From the human T2T-CHM13v2.0 reference genome, Homo sapiens: DNA of 64,000 bases. How positions within the stretch are numbered: the first letter of the stretch is position 1; the number at the start of each line of letters is the position of its first letter. Positions 17,057 to 33,034 of this stretch are shown in pieces. Under the pieces are notes generated by a model, which was not told the DNA's origin, did not search any database, and saw only the letters and a program-made list of their open reading frames with translations. A program made the translations under genes and the position numbers. The stretch lies in NCBI RefSeq assembly GCF_009914755.1, contig NC_060928.1. One strand, given 5' to 3'.

Positions 17057-18800
17057 TGAGAGGTGACAGCGTGCTGGCAGTCCTCAGAGTCCTCGCTTGC
17101 TCTGGGCACCTCCCCTGCCTGGGCTCCCACTTTGGCGGCATTTGAGGAGCCCTTCAGTCCCCCACTGCACTGTGGGAGCCCCTTTCTGGGCAGGCCAGAG
17201 CCCACTCCCTCAGCTTGCAGGGAGGTGTGGAGGGAGAGGCGCGAGCGGCAACCGGGGCTGCGTGCGGCGCTTGCGGGCCAGCTGGAGTTCCGGGTGGGCA
17301 TGGGCTTGGCGGGCCCCGCACTCGGAGCAGCAGGCCAGCCCTCCTGGCCCCGGGCAATGAGGGACTTAGCACCCGGGCCAGCGGCTGCGGAGGGTGTACT
17401 GGGTCCCCCAGCAGTGCCGGCCCACCGGTGCTGCGCTCGATTTCTCACTGAGCCTTAGCTACCTTCCCACGGGGCAGGGCTCGGGACCTGCAGCCCGCCA
17501 TGCCTGAGCCTCCCACCCCCTCCGTGGGCTCCTGTGCGGCCAAGCCTCCCCGACGAGCACCGCCCCCTGCTCCAGGGCGCCCAGTCCCATCGACCACCCA
17601 AGGGCTGAGAAGTGCGAGCACACGGCTCGGGACTGGCAGGCAGCTCCACCTGCAGCCCCGCTGCCGGATCCACTAGGTGAAGCCAGCTGGGCTCCTGAGT
17701 CTGGTGGGGACCTGGAGCGTCTTTATATCTAGCTCAGGGATTGTAACTACACCAATCAGCACCCTGTGTTTAGCTCAAGGTTTGTGAGTGCACCAATCGA
17801 CACTCTGTATCTAGCTGCTCTGGTGGGGCCTTGGAGAACCTTTATGACTAGCTCAGGGATTGTAAATACACCAATTGACACTCTGTATCTAGCTCAAGGT
17901 TTGTAAACACGCCAGTCAGCACCCTGTGTTTACCTCAAGGTTTTGTGAGTGCACCAATCCACACTCTGTGTCTAGCTGCTCTGGTGAGGACGTGGAGAAC
18001 CTTTATGTCTAGCTCAGGGATTGTAAATACACCAATCGGCACTCTGTATCTAGCTCAAGGTTTGTAAACACACCAATCGGCACCCTGTGTTTAGCTCAAG
18101 GTTTGTAAACACACCAATCAGCACCCTGTGTTTAGCTCAAGGTTTGTGAATGCACCAATCAACACTCTGTATCTAGCTGCTCTGGTGGGGCCTTGGAGAA
18201 CCTGTGTGTCGAAACTCTGTATCTAACTAATCTGATGGGGATGTGGAGAACCTTTGTATCTAGCTCAGGGATTGTAAACGCACCAATCAGCGCCCTGACA
18301 AAACAGGCCACTCCCGGCTCTACCAATCAGCAGGATGTGGGTGGGGCCAGATAAGAGAATAAGAGCAGGCTGCCCCAGCCAGCATTGGCAACTTGCTTGG
18401 GTCGCCTTTCACACTGTGGAAGCTTTGTTCTTTCGCTCTTTGCAATAAATCTTGCTACTGCTCACTCTTTGGGTCCACGCTGCTTTTATGAGCTGTAACA
18501 GTCACTGCGAAGATCTGCAGCTTCACTCCTGAGCCCAGTGAGACCACGAGCCCACCAGGAGGAATGAACAACTCCAGACGTGCTGCCTTAAGAGCTGTAA
18601 CACACCGCGAAGGTCTGCAGCTTCACTCCTGAGCCAGCGAGACCACGAACCCACCAGAAGGAAGAAACTCCGGACACATCTGAACATCAGAAGGAACAAA
18701 CTCCAGACGTGCCACCTTAAGAGCTGTAACACTCACCGCGAGGGTCCACGGCTTCGTTCTTGAAGTCAGTGAGACCAAGAACCTACCAATTCCGGACATA
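17057..18800 (+). mobile_element. LTR12C (ERV9) solo LTR
   Basis: Starts TGAGAGGTGACAGCGTGCTGGCAG, has a CpG-rich U3 and tandem CACCAATC/ctagctcaagg repeats, and ends ccaattccggacata. 4-bp TSD ttat (17053-56 / 18801-04). Confidence 0.97.
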
Positions 18801-20552
18801 TTATGTCTAGCTGTATTGTGCAGAAGTCCATAAAGTACTAGATAACTACTTTACTTCTAAGATATATATACCCCACGGTGTGTTCACCAACTGGAATTTC
18901 TCCAGGTTCTATTTTGACACAAAATGTCCTTTACCACTTGGGTCTGGCCTCTGAATTGTGGCTGTCTTAGCAGTCCAGAAACTATAGTAATTTGGTGAAC
19001 AAATCATGTGCAAGAGAAGTTTAAGATGGCATTGAATTAAAATAAAATTAATATTAGTATAAAGGTAGTTGAGGGAAGTGGAGCTATAAAAATCCTTTAT
19101 ATTTTTCACTTTAACAACCTATTTTCAAGGATGGAAAGCCAAGATGATAAACTGGTCTTTAAAACCTGGAGAGTTATTACTGGTGTCAGGCTGGAAACAA
19201 CATTTATTGACTGCCCATGAAAATATCAACCTGGTACCATTCCTGATAAAAGGGTCTAGGGCACAGAATTGGTAGGTCCTAGAGGCAAAGTGTGCTAATC
19301 TGCTTTGCTAATTAAATTCTGAGATTTTAACAGATTAAAAATGGCAGGATTTCCTAGTGTATTGCAAAATGACAATACATGCACACACAGAGTATTGGAG
19401 AGTAAGGGTAACATATTTTTATAGATACTTAAAGTTCATTGGAATACGGGTAAGCTTGTATATATTTGTACTATATTTAATGTTAACATATAAATTAAAT
19501 ACTATTAAAATAATTCAAAGGGCCAAAAATATACTTTTCCACAAGTCTCTGAGATAAATATTCTGCTAACCTAAAATTGGCTGGAACTTAAATACTTGGG
19601 GGCAGATAGAAAAAAATATAGTCAAAGGATTTCAGGATGCAGTTTCATGGAACTTTTACTAAATATGTTTTCTGAAGTTGTTTCCTTTACAAATAGTTCT
19701 TGCAATGCTGTACAGCAATGATTGTTGAAAAATTCTTCCTTATTTTGAGTTGAAAGAGTATCCTTTGTCTTTCATTACCCTTGGAATAGCACAAAATGGC
19801 TTTTTTGTTCCTTCTACCATTTTGTAATTACCAATTTTCAAGTTTGATATCTACTGGTTCTTCCAGGAAAGGTGAGTAAAAGGGGAAGAAAAGCAATTTG
19901 CAGTTATTTAAGAAGTAATGCCTGAAATAATGGACACTTAGTTTGTAATTCTGAGTTTACAACTCAGTGGGAGGTCACTAAACTTTAAAATGACCATGTT
20001 AACTTAGTAAACAGATCTTATTTATTTAAAATTGCCACTCTACTACATATTAACATTGTATCCTTGATCAGGCAATTTAACTGCAGTCTCTCTTTCCTTA
20101 TCTGTGAAATGAGGTTTACCAACATTCATCATAGATATTTTGTGATGTCAGATGAAATGATGGATGTAAATTTATAGCAGAGAAACTTACAAAATATGTT
20201 TCATTTAAGTTAACAATAAGCTATCATTTTGGTTAATTGTACTTTTTTTGTTTTTGAGATAAGTTAGACATCTTTTTTTTTTTTTTTGGGGGGGGTTTAA
20301 TTTTTTTTTTTTTTTTTTTTTTACTTTTTAATTTTCTTTTTTTTTTTATTATACTCTAAGTTTTAGGGTACATGTGCACATTGTGCAGGTTAGTTACATA
20401 TGTATACATGTGCCATGCTGGTGCGCTGCACCCACTAACGTGTCATCTAGCATTAGGTATATCTCCCAATGCTATCCCTCCCCCCTCCCCCAACCCCACC
20501 ACAGTCCCCAGAGTGTGATATTCCCCTTCCTGTGTCCATGTGATCTCATTGT

Positions 20553-23321
<2,769 letters not shown>

Positions 23322-23324
23322 TTA

Positions 23325-24390
<1,066 letters not shown>

Positions 24391-24449
24391 TGAAATTAAT
24401 GTTACTGTTTGAAAGGTAACATCTATGTGAAGAGAATTATGTTTAGGTT

Positions 24450-25308
24450 TATAGGAAAACTGCTTCTCTGCTCATAACACTTTTGACATCAAATATGTGG
24501 GTTTTCCACACCAAGCAATTCTCCAGGTCTCTGGAGATATCATACGTGGGTGTCCTACAATCCAATTCGATTCTGACTCTAACTACCCAGCGTTAGCACA
24601 GACCCAACAGAGAAAGGGCTCAGTCCCACAAGACTGCCCTTGCTTCAGGCATCAGTTGAAAGTAGCGAGTCCCCAGGTTACCCACACTTCTGTCTGACAT
24701 GACTACAAATTGTGGCTTTCCACAGCCCCTTCTTCAGGTTCCATAATTTACTGTAACAGCTCACAGAACTCAAGGAAACATTTTGCTTAACATTACCAGT
24801 TTATTACGAAAGATTCTATGAAGGATACTGTGAAGCCAGATGGAGAGATACATAAAGCCAGGTCTGGACTGGGTCATGAGTACAGTAGCTTATTCTCTGT
24901 AGAGTTGGATGTGCCACCTTCTTAGCACATAGATGCATTAGCCATCATGAAAACTCTGTAAACTACATCATTCAGAGAGTTTATGAAGGTTCCATTACAT
25001 AGGCATGATTGATTAAACTGAGCCATAGGTGATCAGCTCCTCTCCCCTTCCCAGAGGTCAGAGGTGCAGCTGAAAGTTCCAACCCTCCCATTGTATGGCA
25101 ACCACCCTTCATCCTGAGGCTATCTAGACATACATCAAGAGTCACTCTATTAGCATAAACTCAGATATAATTGAAAAGGATTTATTATGGACAACAAAAG
25201 ACACTCCTCACACCTATCACTCAAGAAATTTCAAGGATTTTAAATGTTGTGTGCCAGGACCCAGAGATGAAGACCAACTATATACTTCCTATTAGATCAC
25301 AATATCAC
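24450..25308. mobile_element. MER21-family LTR
   Basis: ttctgac, ggctcagtcccacaagactgccc, cacagaactcaaggaaaca and ctgaaagttccaaccctc motifs; ends cacaatatcaca. Confidence 0.7.
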
Positions 25309-25417
25309 AAGGTTGTTATGTGACAAATGAAGGAAATTCGCATAAAAATGCCTTTGTTAATTCAGAGGACCTTCAGATAGACTAAGTCACTTCTATGAAT
25401 CAATCCAGATTCTAATA

Positions 25418-25772
25418 CACATAATACTGACTTACGATGATTTAACTTACAATTTTTTGACTTTATGACGGTGTGAAAGTGTTAAGTGTTCAGTAGAATG
25501 TATACTTTGAGTACTCATATAACCCTTTGTTTTTCACTTTCAGTATATTATTACATAATATATTCAATACTTTATTGTACAATAGGCTTGGTGTTAGATG
25601 ATTTTGCCCAACTGTAGGCTAATGTGAGTGGTCTAAGCACATTTAAGTCAGGCTAAGGCAAGGTATAATGTTCTGTAGGTTAGGTGTATTTAATGAATTT
25701 CTGACTTAAGATATTTTCAACTTACAATGGGCTTATCAGACGCAACCCTATTGTAAGTTAAGGTTCATCTGT
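25418..25772 (-). mobile_element. MER47/Tigger5-type DNA transposon relic
   Basis: Reverse complement begins tacagatgaaccttaacttacaatagggtt...cccattgtaagttgaaaatatc, resembling MER47A. Confidence 0.7.
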
Positions 25773-25859
25773 ACTGGTTGAACAGTGCTTGTCTGGTACC
25801 ATATCTGGAACTTACGCTTATTTATTAGGTACTGTGTAATGTAATCCACACACACAAAG

Positions 25860-26372
<513 letters not shown>

Positions 26373-27036
26373 ATACATATACAAATACATATACATGTAC
26401 ATATACATATACACACATTCCTTAATCTTCCTAAGAAGATGTTATAAGGTAAGGACTCACTCTACTAAAGCACAGAGGATTTCAGTAACTTCTTCAAAGT
26501 TATTACACAGTTATTTTATGTGAAGTGAGATCTCACCTAACTTTAAAACCCATGTATTCCAGCTGCTATGGCTGTATTACAAAGCACCTTAGAACTTTAG
26601 TGGCTTAAAACAATGCTCAAATTTATTTTGCTCACAAGTCTGCAGCTGGGGCGTGATCAAGTAAAATGTTGCTGCTTTCCATTTTTCTGCCTTCAGGTGA
26701 CATTCACTCCCAATGGTTGACTGAGTCAGGGTATAAGGCTATCCTGGTCTCAAGAGGAGTAACTCTGCAGTGTGGTTTATGCTCCAGAACCCTCCCTCTG
26801 TGCAGGCCAAGCCTGGGGTATAGCTCAGGACACATCTTTGTTTGTTTCCTCCCTCTTTCCTATTAGACTTCATTTCCTGATAGATTTGTTCAAGAGTTCT
26901 CCTTCAGTTAATCACATGCTCCGATTCGCTGTCTTGGGCTCTCTGTCTAGGAAATCCAATCCAAGACATGGGTTTAAATTGCATGTAAAAGATCAAGAAA
27001 ATGAAATTATTAAAATAGATAAAGCAATAAACAACT

Positions 27037-27336
27037 TTTCTCACTGGTAGCTTTTTCCAGGTATTGTATTAGTTCTTCCCTAATGTTAATTAACTTGGCT
27101 CTAGAGATACATTTTTTTTTTTTGGATTTTCCAAGGTTTTATTAGAACATGTTCTTCACAATGCTTGCATTGCTTTTGTTGTGATCTGTGTACAAAAATC
27201 CAGGTGCTTGATTATCTCTTGCACAATTTGTCCATGTAAATTAATTTTTCTTCTAGCCTCTTTTTTCACACGTGAAGCACAGGACACACTTTTTAAGAAA
27301 AAAAACGTCCTTGCCTCTCTCAGCATCAACAACAAT
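27037..27336 (-). pseudogene. CYCS: Highly diverged intronless cytochrome c pseudogene (CYCS-derived retrocopy)
   Basis: The minus-strand translation across frameshifts reads DAERGKDVFFLKKCVLCFTCEKRG*K / NLHG / QAPGFLYTDHNKSN / LENPKK / CISRAKLI / REELIQYLEKATSE. This is colinear with cytochrome c GDVEKGKKIF..KCSQCHTVEKGGK..NLHG..QAPG(F/Y)SYT(D/A)ANKNK..LENPKKYIPGTKMI..RADLIAYLKKATNE. No intron at the CYCS codon-56 position. Confidence 0.9.
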
Positions 27337-28469
27337 TGGTATCAGAGACCCACCCCAAGCATGTATTTAGACAGCTTTCTGTGGACTCTGCACCTTTATA
27401 TGTGAAGTAGAGGCTGAATTTACATTATTTCACAATGTCAAATAATACTGGATGATTCAAATAGAGTTTGAAAATAAATTGAAAAATTTAGAAAATTAAG
27501 TTTACGAAACATGTAATGTGTATTTGTAGAATCCAGAAGATATTTCCCAGAATGAAGAGGCAAGAGAAAGAACAAAGCGGAGACTCAATATAGATGTATG
27601 TAATAGCATATAATTTCATTTGTCTTTTACTCTGAGGAAATATTTAAGTAGATAAAGGTTTCCTAACTCCTTGCATGTTCTCTGTCATTCTAATGTTTAT
27701 ATTCACCAGGGCCAGGAAGCCAGTCACTTCTCCCACCCACAGAGCATCTCACAATTCACAGCAAGACACTCTGAGAAGGCACCAGCACACAGAACCCCCT
27801 ATTAAAAATCCAGCATCACTGATTCAAAGTGCCTATTCTTTTCTAAGAGCCGGAAAAAATTATTTTGTGTAAAATGTATTTTAAACTTCACTTTTCTTAA
27901 GAGAGTCAAGGCAAAGGAAGAAACTAATGATAAATAACATCCATAAAGACTGAATGACAGTATTTTAAAGCTTTAGTTTAGACTTATATTCTGAAACAGT
28001 AATTTTTTAACTCACAAAATGAATTTCATCAGTGACAGTATTTCACATCTCCCAGTTACATTTGTACTTTGAAAGAATATTTTTTTAACCTATAAAGTGG
28101 CCGAACTTCGGAACTTTATTGAGCCAAAAATCTTTTTATGAGTAAGTCCTACTTAAAAAAGAACAGAAAGAGTTATGGGAAAATATGGGGATAAAGTCAC
28201 AGATGTACAAACCTTTTTTGCTATTTTAAAAGAACCAAAATAAATAAAAATAATTCAAAGAGGAAAAAATAGCAAAAATTAAGCCTAATGTTAAAAGCGT
28301 AGTTTGGAAGAAGAAATTTTGGCAATTAATGAAAAGTCCATTTATCCACCCATCCAAAAATAATCTGGTGAGTGGACAAGATTCCAGTAACTAGAAACGG
28401 GAGGACTGGGAGTGGGTATAGGCAAGCCAGAATAAAAAGGTCTAGCATGCTTTCTAGGCCAGTCAGGTG

Positions 28470-28678
28470 GCGTGTGGTGGGATTTGTTCCATAGGGGATA
28501 TTCAGCAAATCTGGAGATGTATTTGATAGTCATACTGGGGACAGGGAGGGCACTAGTTATGTGTAGTAGAGATCAAGGATGCTATTAAATCCTACAATAC
28601 ACAGGAAGGTTCCCCTCCTCCAGCAACAAAGAGTCATCTGATCCACAATGTCAATAGTGTGAAGGTTGAGAAAACCTG
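28470..28678. mobile_element. MER20 (hAT-Charlie) relic
   Basis: aatctggagatgtatttg, agagatcaaggatgctattaaatcctacaatacacagg and aatgtcaatagtg..ggttgagaaaacctg. Confidence 0.75.
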
Positions 28679-28759
28679 TTTTAGGCTAAACTCTTTGTCC
28701 CACCAAAAAAGAAAAAAAACATATTATGAAGAAACATTACTGTATTCAGAAAAATAAAG

Positions 28760-30370
28760 ATCATACAAATGCTTGCTTTCTTTTCTGAATTCAGCCATTT
28801 ACCAAATTAGATTTGAACTCTGGGTTCAGAATCAGAACCATGTGATTCAAATATGAGATCATCACAAGTGGACCAAATTATTTCAGAAATAGACATCGAT
28901 CGTATTATACATTTGACCCATTTCTATTCCTGTTATCATGACATTGCTGTGCTTCATTGGGTCACTGCTTGCTCCATTGCTTCTGTGGTAGGGAAAATTT
29001 TTCTAGGTCAGCCAATTGTATACCTTTAGTAGCCTCAGAGGGGACCCCTTCAAAGATGATGGTGTAATTATACCAATACATTTCCTCCCAGGTCAAATTT
29101 ATCTCTGAGTTTTTCCCTGTTGTTTCTATCTCCTTTATGGTGGAGTGTGTACGTTTTTAAGAATTTCCCAGAATAACATTGGGTGGAAATTTCCCTAATT
29201 TATTTCCTAATTTCTTATTAGTGGTGGTCTTAGTAGAACTGGGTGGGGAAACTTATTCAGAGAACATCTAGACTTCTCCATATGATTAAGTATATTTGTA
29301 TATATTAAACAAATTAAATATATTTTTGTAAGAATTCCCTTGGCTGTAATATCCAAGAGCTCTGGTTGATTCTGTGGGAAGCCAGTGTTGCAATTGTAGA
29401 GAATTTTTTCCTTGAGAGTTATGTAAAACTTGCAGTTGGTATTTTCAGGTTAGAGAACAGTTCCCAAGATGGTTGTAGTCCCTGATTTTTGAGACATGCT
29501 TTGGCCCAGGTAATATTATGTTGTATACATCATGTTCCTTATATATATCTATTGATAAGTGATCAGGAATGAGGCCCATGGTCAGGTACGCTTGGTCTGT
29601 TAGTGCAATTTCTTTCCACCTCAATAAATGAGTCTTGCACTGGAGTGGGGGAGATCAATATAACTAATAGGAAAACGGCCAATATTTGTAAAGGCTTACA
29701 TTGTTGGCAGACTTCACATTTATAATCATCCCAGGGATTGGAATGAGGTATAGTTTTGTCTATCTCTGTAATCCCAGAGGGTATGTTGGTATTGCCTCTG
29801 GATTTTTAGTTTAATTGCACCAATCATGAGCTTCATGGTTGTAACATTGGGTACACATTATTGCTGGGCACTCTTCAAATGAGACTCAGTAGGTAGTGGC
29901 TCTTTTTGTTTGAAGGCACTAGTTAATTAGAGTGAGTTTTGTGTGATTTGGAGTAAAAGTTGGCCCAAAGATAGTTTAGAAGACATTTAGGAGTCTCATG
30001 CTGAATTTTCTACAGTTTATAGCCTGCTACTTACTGTCTCAAATGTTATTTAATTTTGGTTCACCTTGATGTTAATTTTAATGGGCTCTTTGTTTGACTT
30101 AATTTGTTGTATGTCTGTCACATTCTCCATTATGGAACTTAGAAAACATTTTTCATTAGCTTCTTTAAAAAGTGTTTTTAGGTAAGAGTAGTTTATTCCA
30201 AATATTTGGTTCATTTCTTCTCTGATCTTCTGTAGCAATCTTGTCCCCTTCCCATGGACCCTATGCTAAGTACTGTTTATTTTTCCATTTCTATTTCCTA
30301 TGTGCTTTTAGAACAGTAATCTCATTGGATTCTCTGAAACACTTAGAGTAGCAAGTCCTTAACCACATTC
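28760..30370 (-). pseudogene. env: Candidate endogenous foamy-virus-like env (SU region) fossil, decayed by stops and frameshifts
   Basis: Ordered peptide matches to remembered prototype foamy virus Env: LLQKIREEM, QCYNHEAH..KNPEAIP, PIPG, WKEIALTDQAYLTMGLIPDHL, NITWAKAC, LFWEI, TWE, FPY..W-x10-CHD, RCLF, FGKMA. Many NxS/T sequons are present. Aligned by eye only. Confidence 0.6.
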
Positions 30371-32654
30371 ATTAAAGTTAACGGATAACAGGATTAATCA
30401 TGTGCTTAAAAGTAAAAGAAAAAAAACCAACAAGATTACATGAAATAATTACATGATTATATAATAAACCTTTTGTGTAAAATAATAGAAATAAAATTAA
30501 TAATTATTTTGCTCAGTCTATGTAGTTATTTGAGAAGAACAAGTACACGTAAATAATATTTAACAAGCAAGGATATATTAAAATTTGTGACAAAATGCTA
30601 AGAAAACAGGAAATTAAACTAGCAAATTTCAAAAACTGGAATAAGGCAGGCTTCTTTTGTGGGGAAAAAAATAAAATAACTTAGAGGGCAAAATAGTAAA
30701 GAGAAAGCCAGAACAGTGGGACTCAAGCTGCAACATCCTGTAGAAAACCTTGCCTTATTAAGCTAATTGGTTTCTGTTTGCCTCTTCACTTGTCCCCAGG
30801 TGCTTTCTTGCTCTGCTCCACAGGTGGTCCCAGTTGTTCCTGGCGGGTGTGAGTGCTCTACTCAGTGTGTAGTGAGTACTCAGTAAAAGCTAACTTCCTA
30901 ACTGCCTGGAGCTGAATTGACTTCCACAACAATGCCATAGAATTGCTAAAAAGGGAATACAGCCAGGTGGCTCACCTCCTCTTCCCTCTATTATCTGAGA
31001 TCTTTTATTGGTTTATACAGTGTGAGTGTGGCCAATTGAAATTATCAAAAGCAAAGGAGGAATGCGCCAGTTCTTATTAAGAAAATTAAAAACAAAGCAT
31101 CTTTCTCATTCTGCCTTTACATCTATTTATATTATGTTATACACTATCTCCACTGCAAACATAAATTTTCAAATAATAATAATATAAAGGTTGGATGACT
31201 GTCTATTTTACTATCAATTGTAAGTATATTTTTTTTTAATTTGGCATTCTGTTAAATTTCATGATTTAAAAAAAATGTTGTTTGGAGAATTCATTGGTAT
31301 GCTCAAAAGATAATCTCCACAGAATTCATCTTGTGAATAGAATTATTTTCAAAGAAGACTACTTCCTGATGCTACACTATAAAAAGATTTGGGTATTACA
31401 CAATGTATATTGGCTCTTGTACATGGACTTCAGGGTATAGAATTGATATTATGCAAAAATTTGATTTTTGAGAATGAGCGCTTACAAATAAATAGATTTA
31501 TATTTCACTTTTTCTAGATATCTAATACTACGTATAAATTATCTTTTTAGGATCCTGAAAAACAACTTTAATCGGGGTTATACTGTGTTAAGGTAAGTGC
31601 CCATGAGTTTACTTCATGTAGTTCAAATATAGTATTTTTACTCTCAGTCAAAAAACATTCTTTAATCATGAATATCTTTTATTTTAATCTTTTATTTTTA
31701 TTGTGGCTATAGATTATAAAATAACTTATGATAGAAATTTTATGCAGTGAATTTTTAGGTCTCCTAGCTACCTTATTTGATGTTCCAAAAATGTATTCTA
31801 TATTCGAGTACTGCAAACACCATCTAGATAGAAGTCTTCTTAGAATAGAAACAGATTGTTTGACATTTGGTTGTTCTTTATTTCGATAAAAGTGGTGCAT
31901 GGAGAAAAGTTTAGCTTTAAAAAAAATTGGCAAGTGAGTTTAGAAAAAAGTTGATTTGGCTCAAGGGTTTGGTCAAATTTAAGTATTAGACAAAAAAGCT
32001 GGGATTGATAATAGAAATAGCAAGAGGTTATTTTCTTCATTTCACCAGTGTTTATAAAAAGATCAGTTTTCACACCGGTACTTGCTGAACAAAAATTAAT
32101 AACTTCACACATTCCATTTACTCCAGGAAGGAACCACAGAAGCCCAGTGTTTCTGAAAGTGGGGTTCTACCAGCTCTGTACTATTTAATAATAAGATAGT
32201 ATATAAATTTGAGTGCAAATTCAACTTTTGGGTATCCCAAAGAAACTAGAGCTAATAGCTAAATAAATAAATGTTTCAATACCTTAGATGATTTTAACAA
32301 AATTTATTCAGCTGGTTGAAAAAATTGCTGGGCACATTGTAGCTAAGGTTTCCAAAATGTAATTGGGAATGTCAAAACGAATCATAACAAAATGTACAAC
32401 TGTGCAGATTTATGCTTTGTACCAGACATTCCTAATGCATGGAATAGTTACAGAGAAAAAGACTTCAGTGTCAGTTATGAAATTGTAAGTGGAGGAAAAT
32501 TCATTTCTTTATTCCTTTATGATAGCACATTCTAATGGCTTTAGCTATATGAGAGCATTTTTAACATAAAGGCCATGATTTATATGAACCATGCATGAGT
32601 CTGGAATGAAAAAAGGTAATTTTCAATATGCTAATGCTATGCTGTACTGCCTAG

Positions 32655-32952
32655 AACACAACGATCCAATAGAAATATAATGTAAGCCTTACATTGGAAT
32701 GTAAAATTTTCTAGCAGCCACATTTAAGAGTAAAGAAAAATCGGTGAAATTAATTACAATGTCATATTTTATTTAATCTGTCATATCCCAAAATATTATT
32801 TTTTCAACATATAATGAATATAAAATAATTATTGAGATATTTTACACTTTTTTGTACTTCTAAATCTAGTGTATATATTCCACTTACAGTACATCTCAGT
32901 TTGGACTAGCCACATTCAGGTGCTTTATAGCCACATCTTGGATAATATGGGC
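32655..32952. mobile_element. MER33/MER3-type hAT relic
   Basis: ccaatagaaatataatg, aaaattttctagcagccacatt, ggtgaaattaatt and tttggactagccacatt...gccacat. Confidence 0.75.
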
Positions 32953-33034
32953 TTAGAAAAATACCTATATTACCTCTTGAATTGAATTTAGTAGAATAAT
33001 TATCTTCATAAAATCATGTGTATCTATTAGATTC

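Noticed and set aside
17053-17673. Overlapping 70-130 aa ORFs (also at 42851-43657)
   Set aside because: These are GC-rich LTR12C U3 sequence, open by composition.
17700-18300. Regularly spaced direct repeats that look CRISPR-like
   Set aside because: These are the known tandem enhancer repeats of LTR12; there are no unique spacers and the context is eukaryotic.
27112-27143. Minus-strand AATAAA followed by A12, resembling a retrocopy poly(A) tail
   Set aside because: It falls inside the cytochrome c coding relic (expanded NPKK codons), and homology continues beyond it.
29396-29416. SQGKNSL peptide resembling foamy Env SQGKNAL
   Set aside because: Out of register with the colinear alignment (the equivalent position is near LFWEI at ~29176), so it is not counted as evidence.
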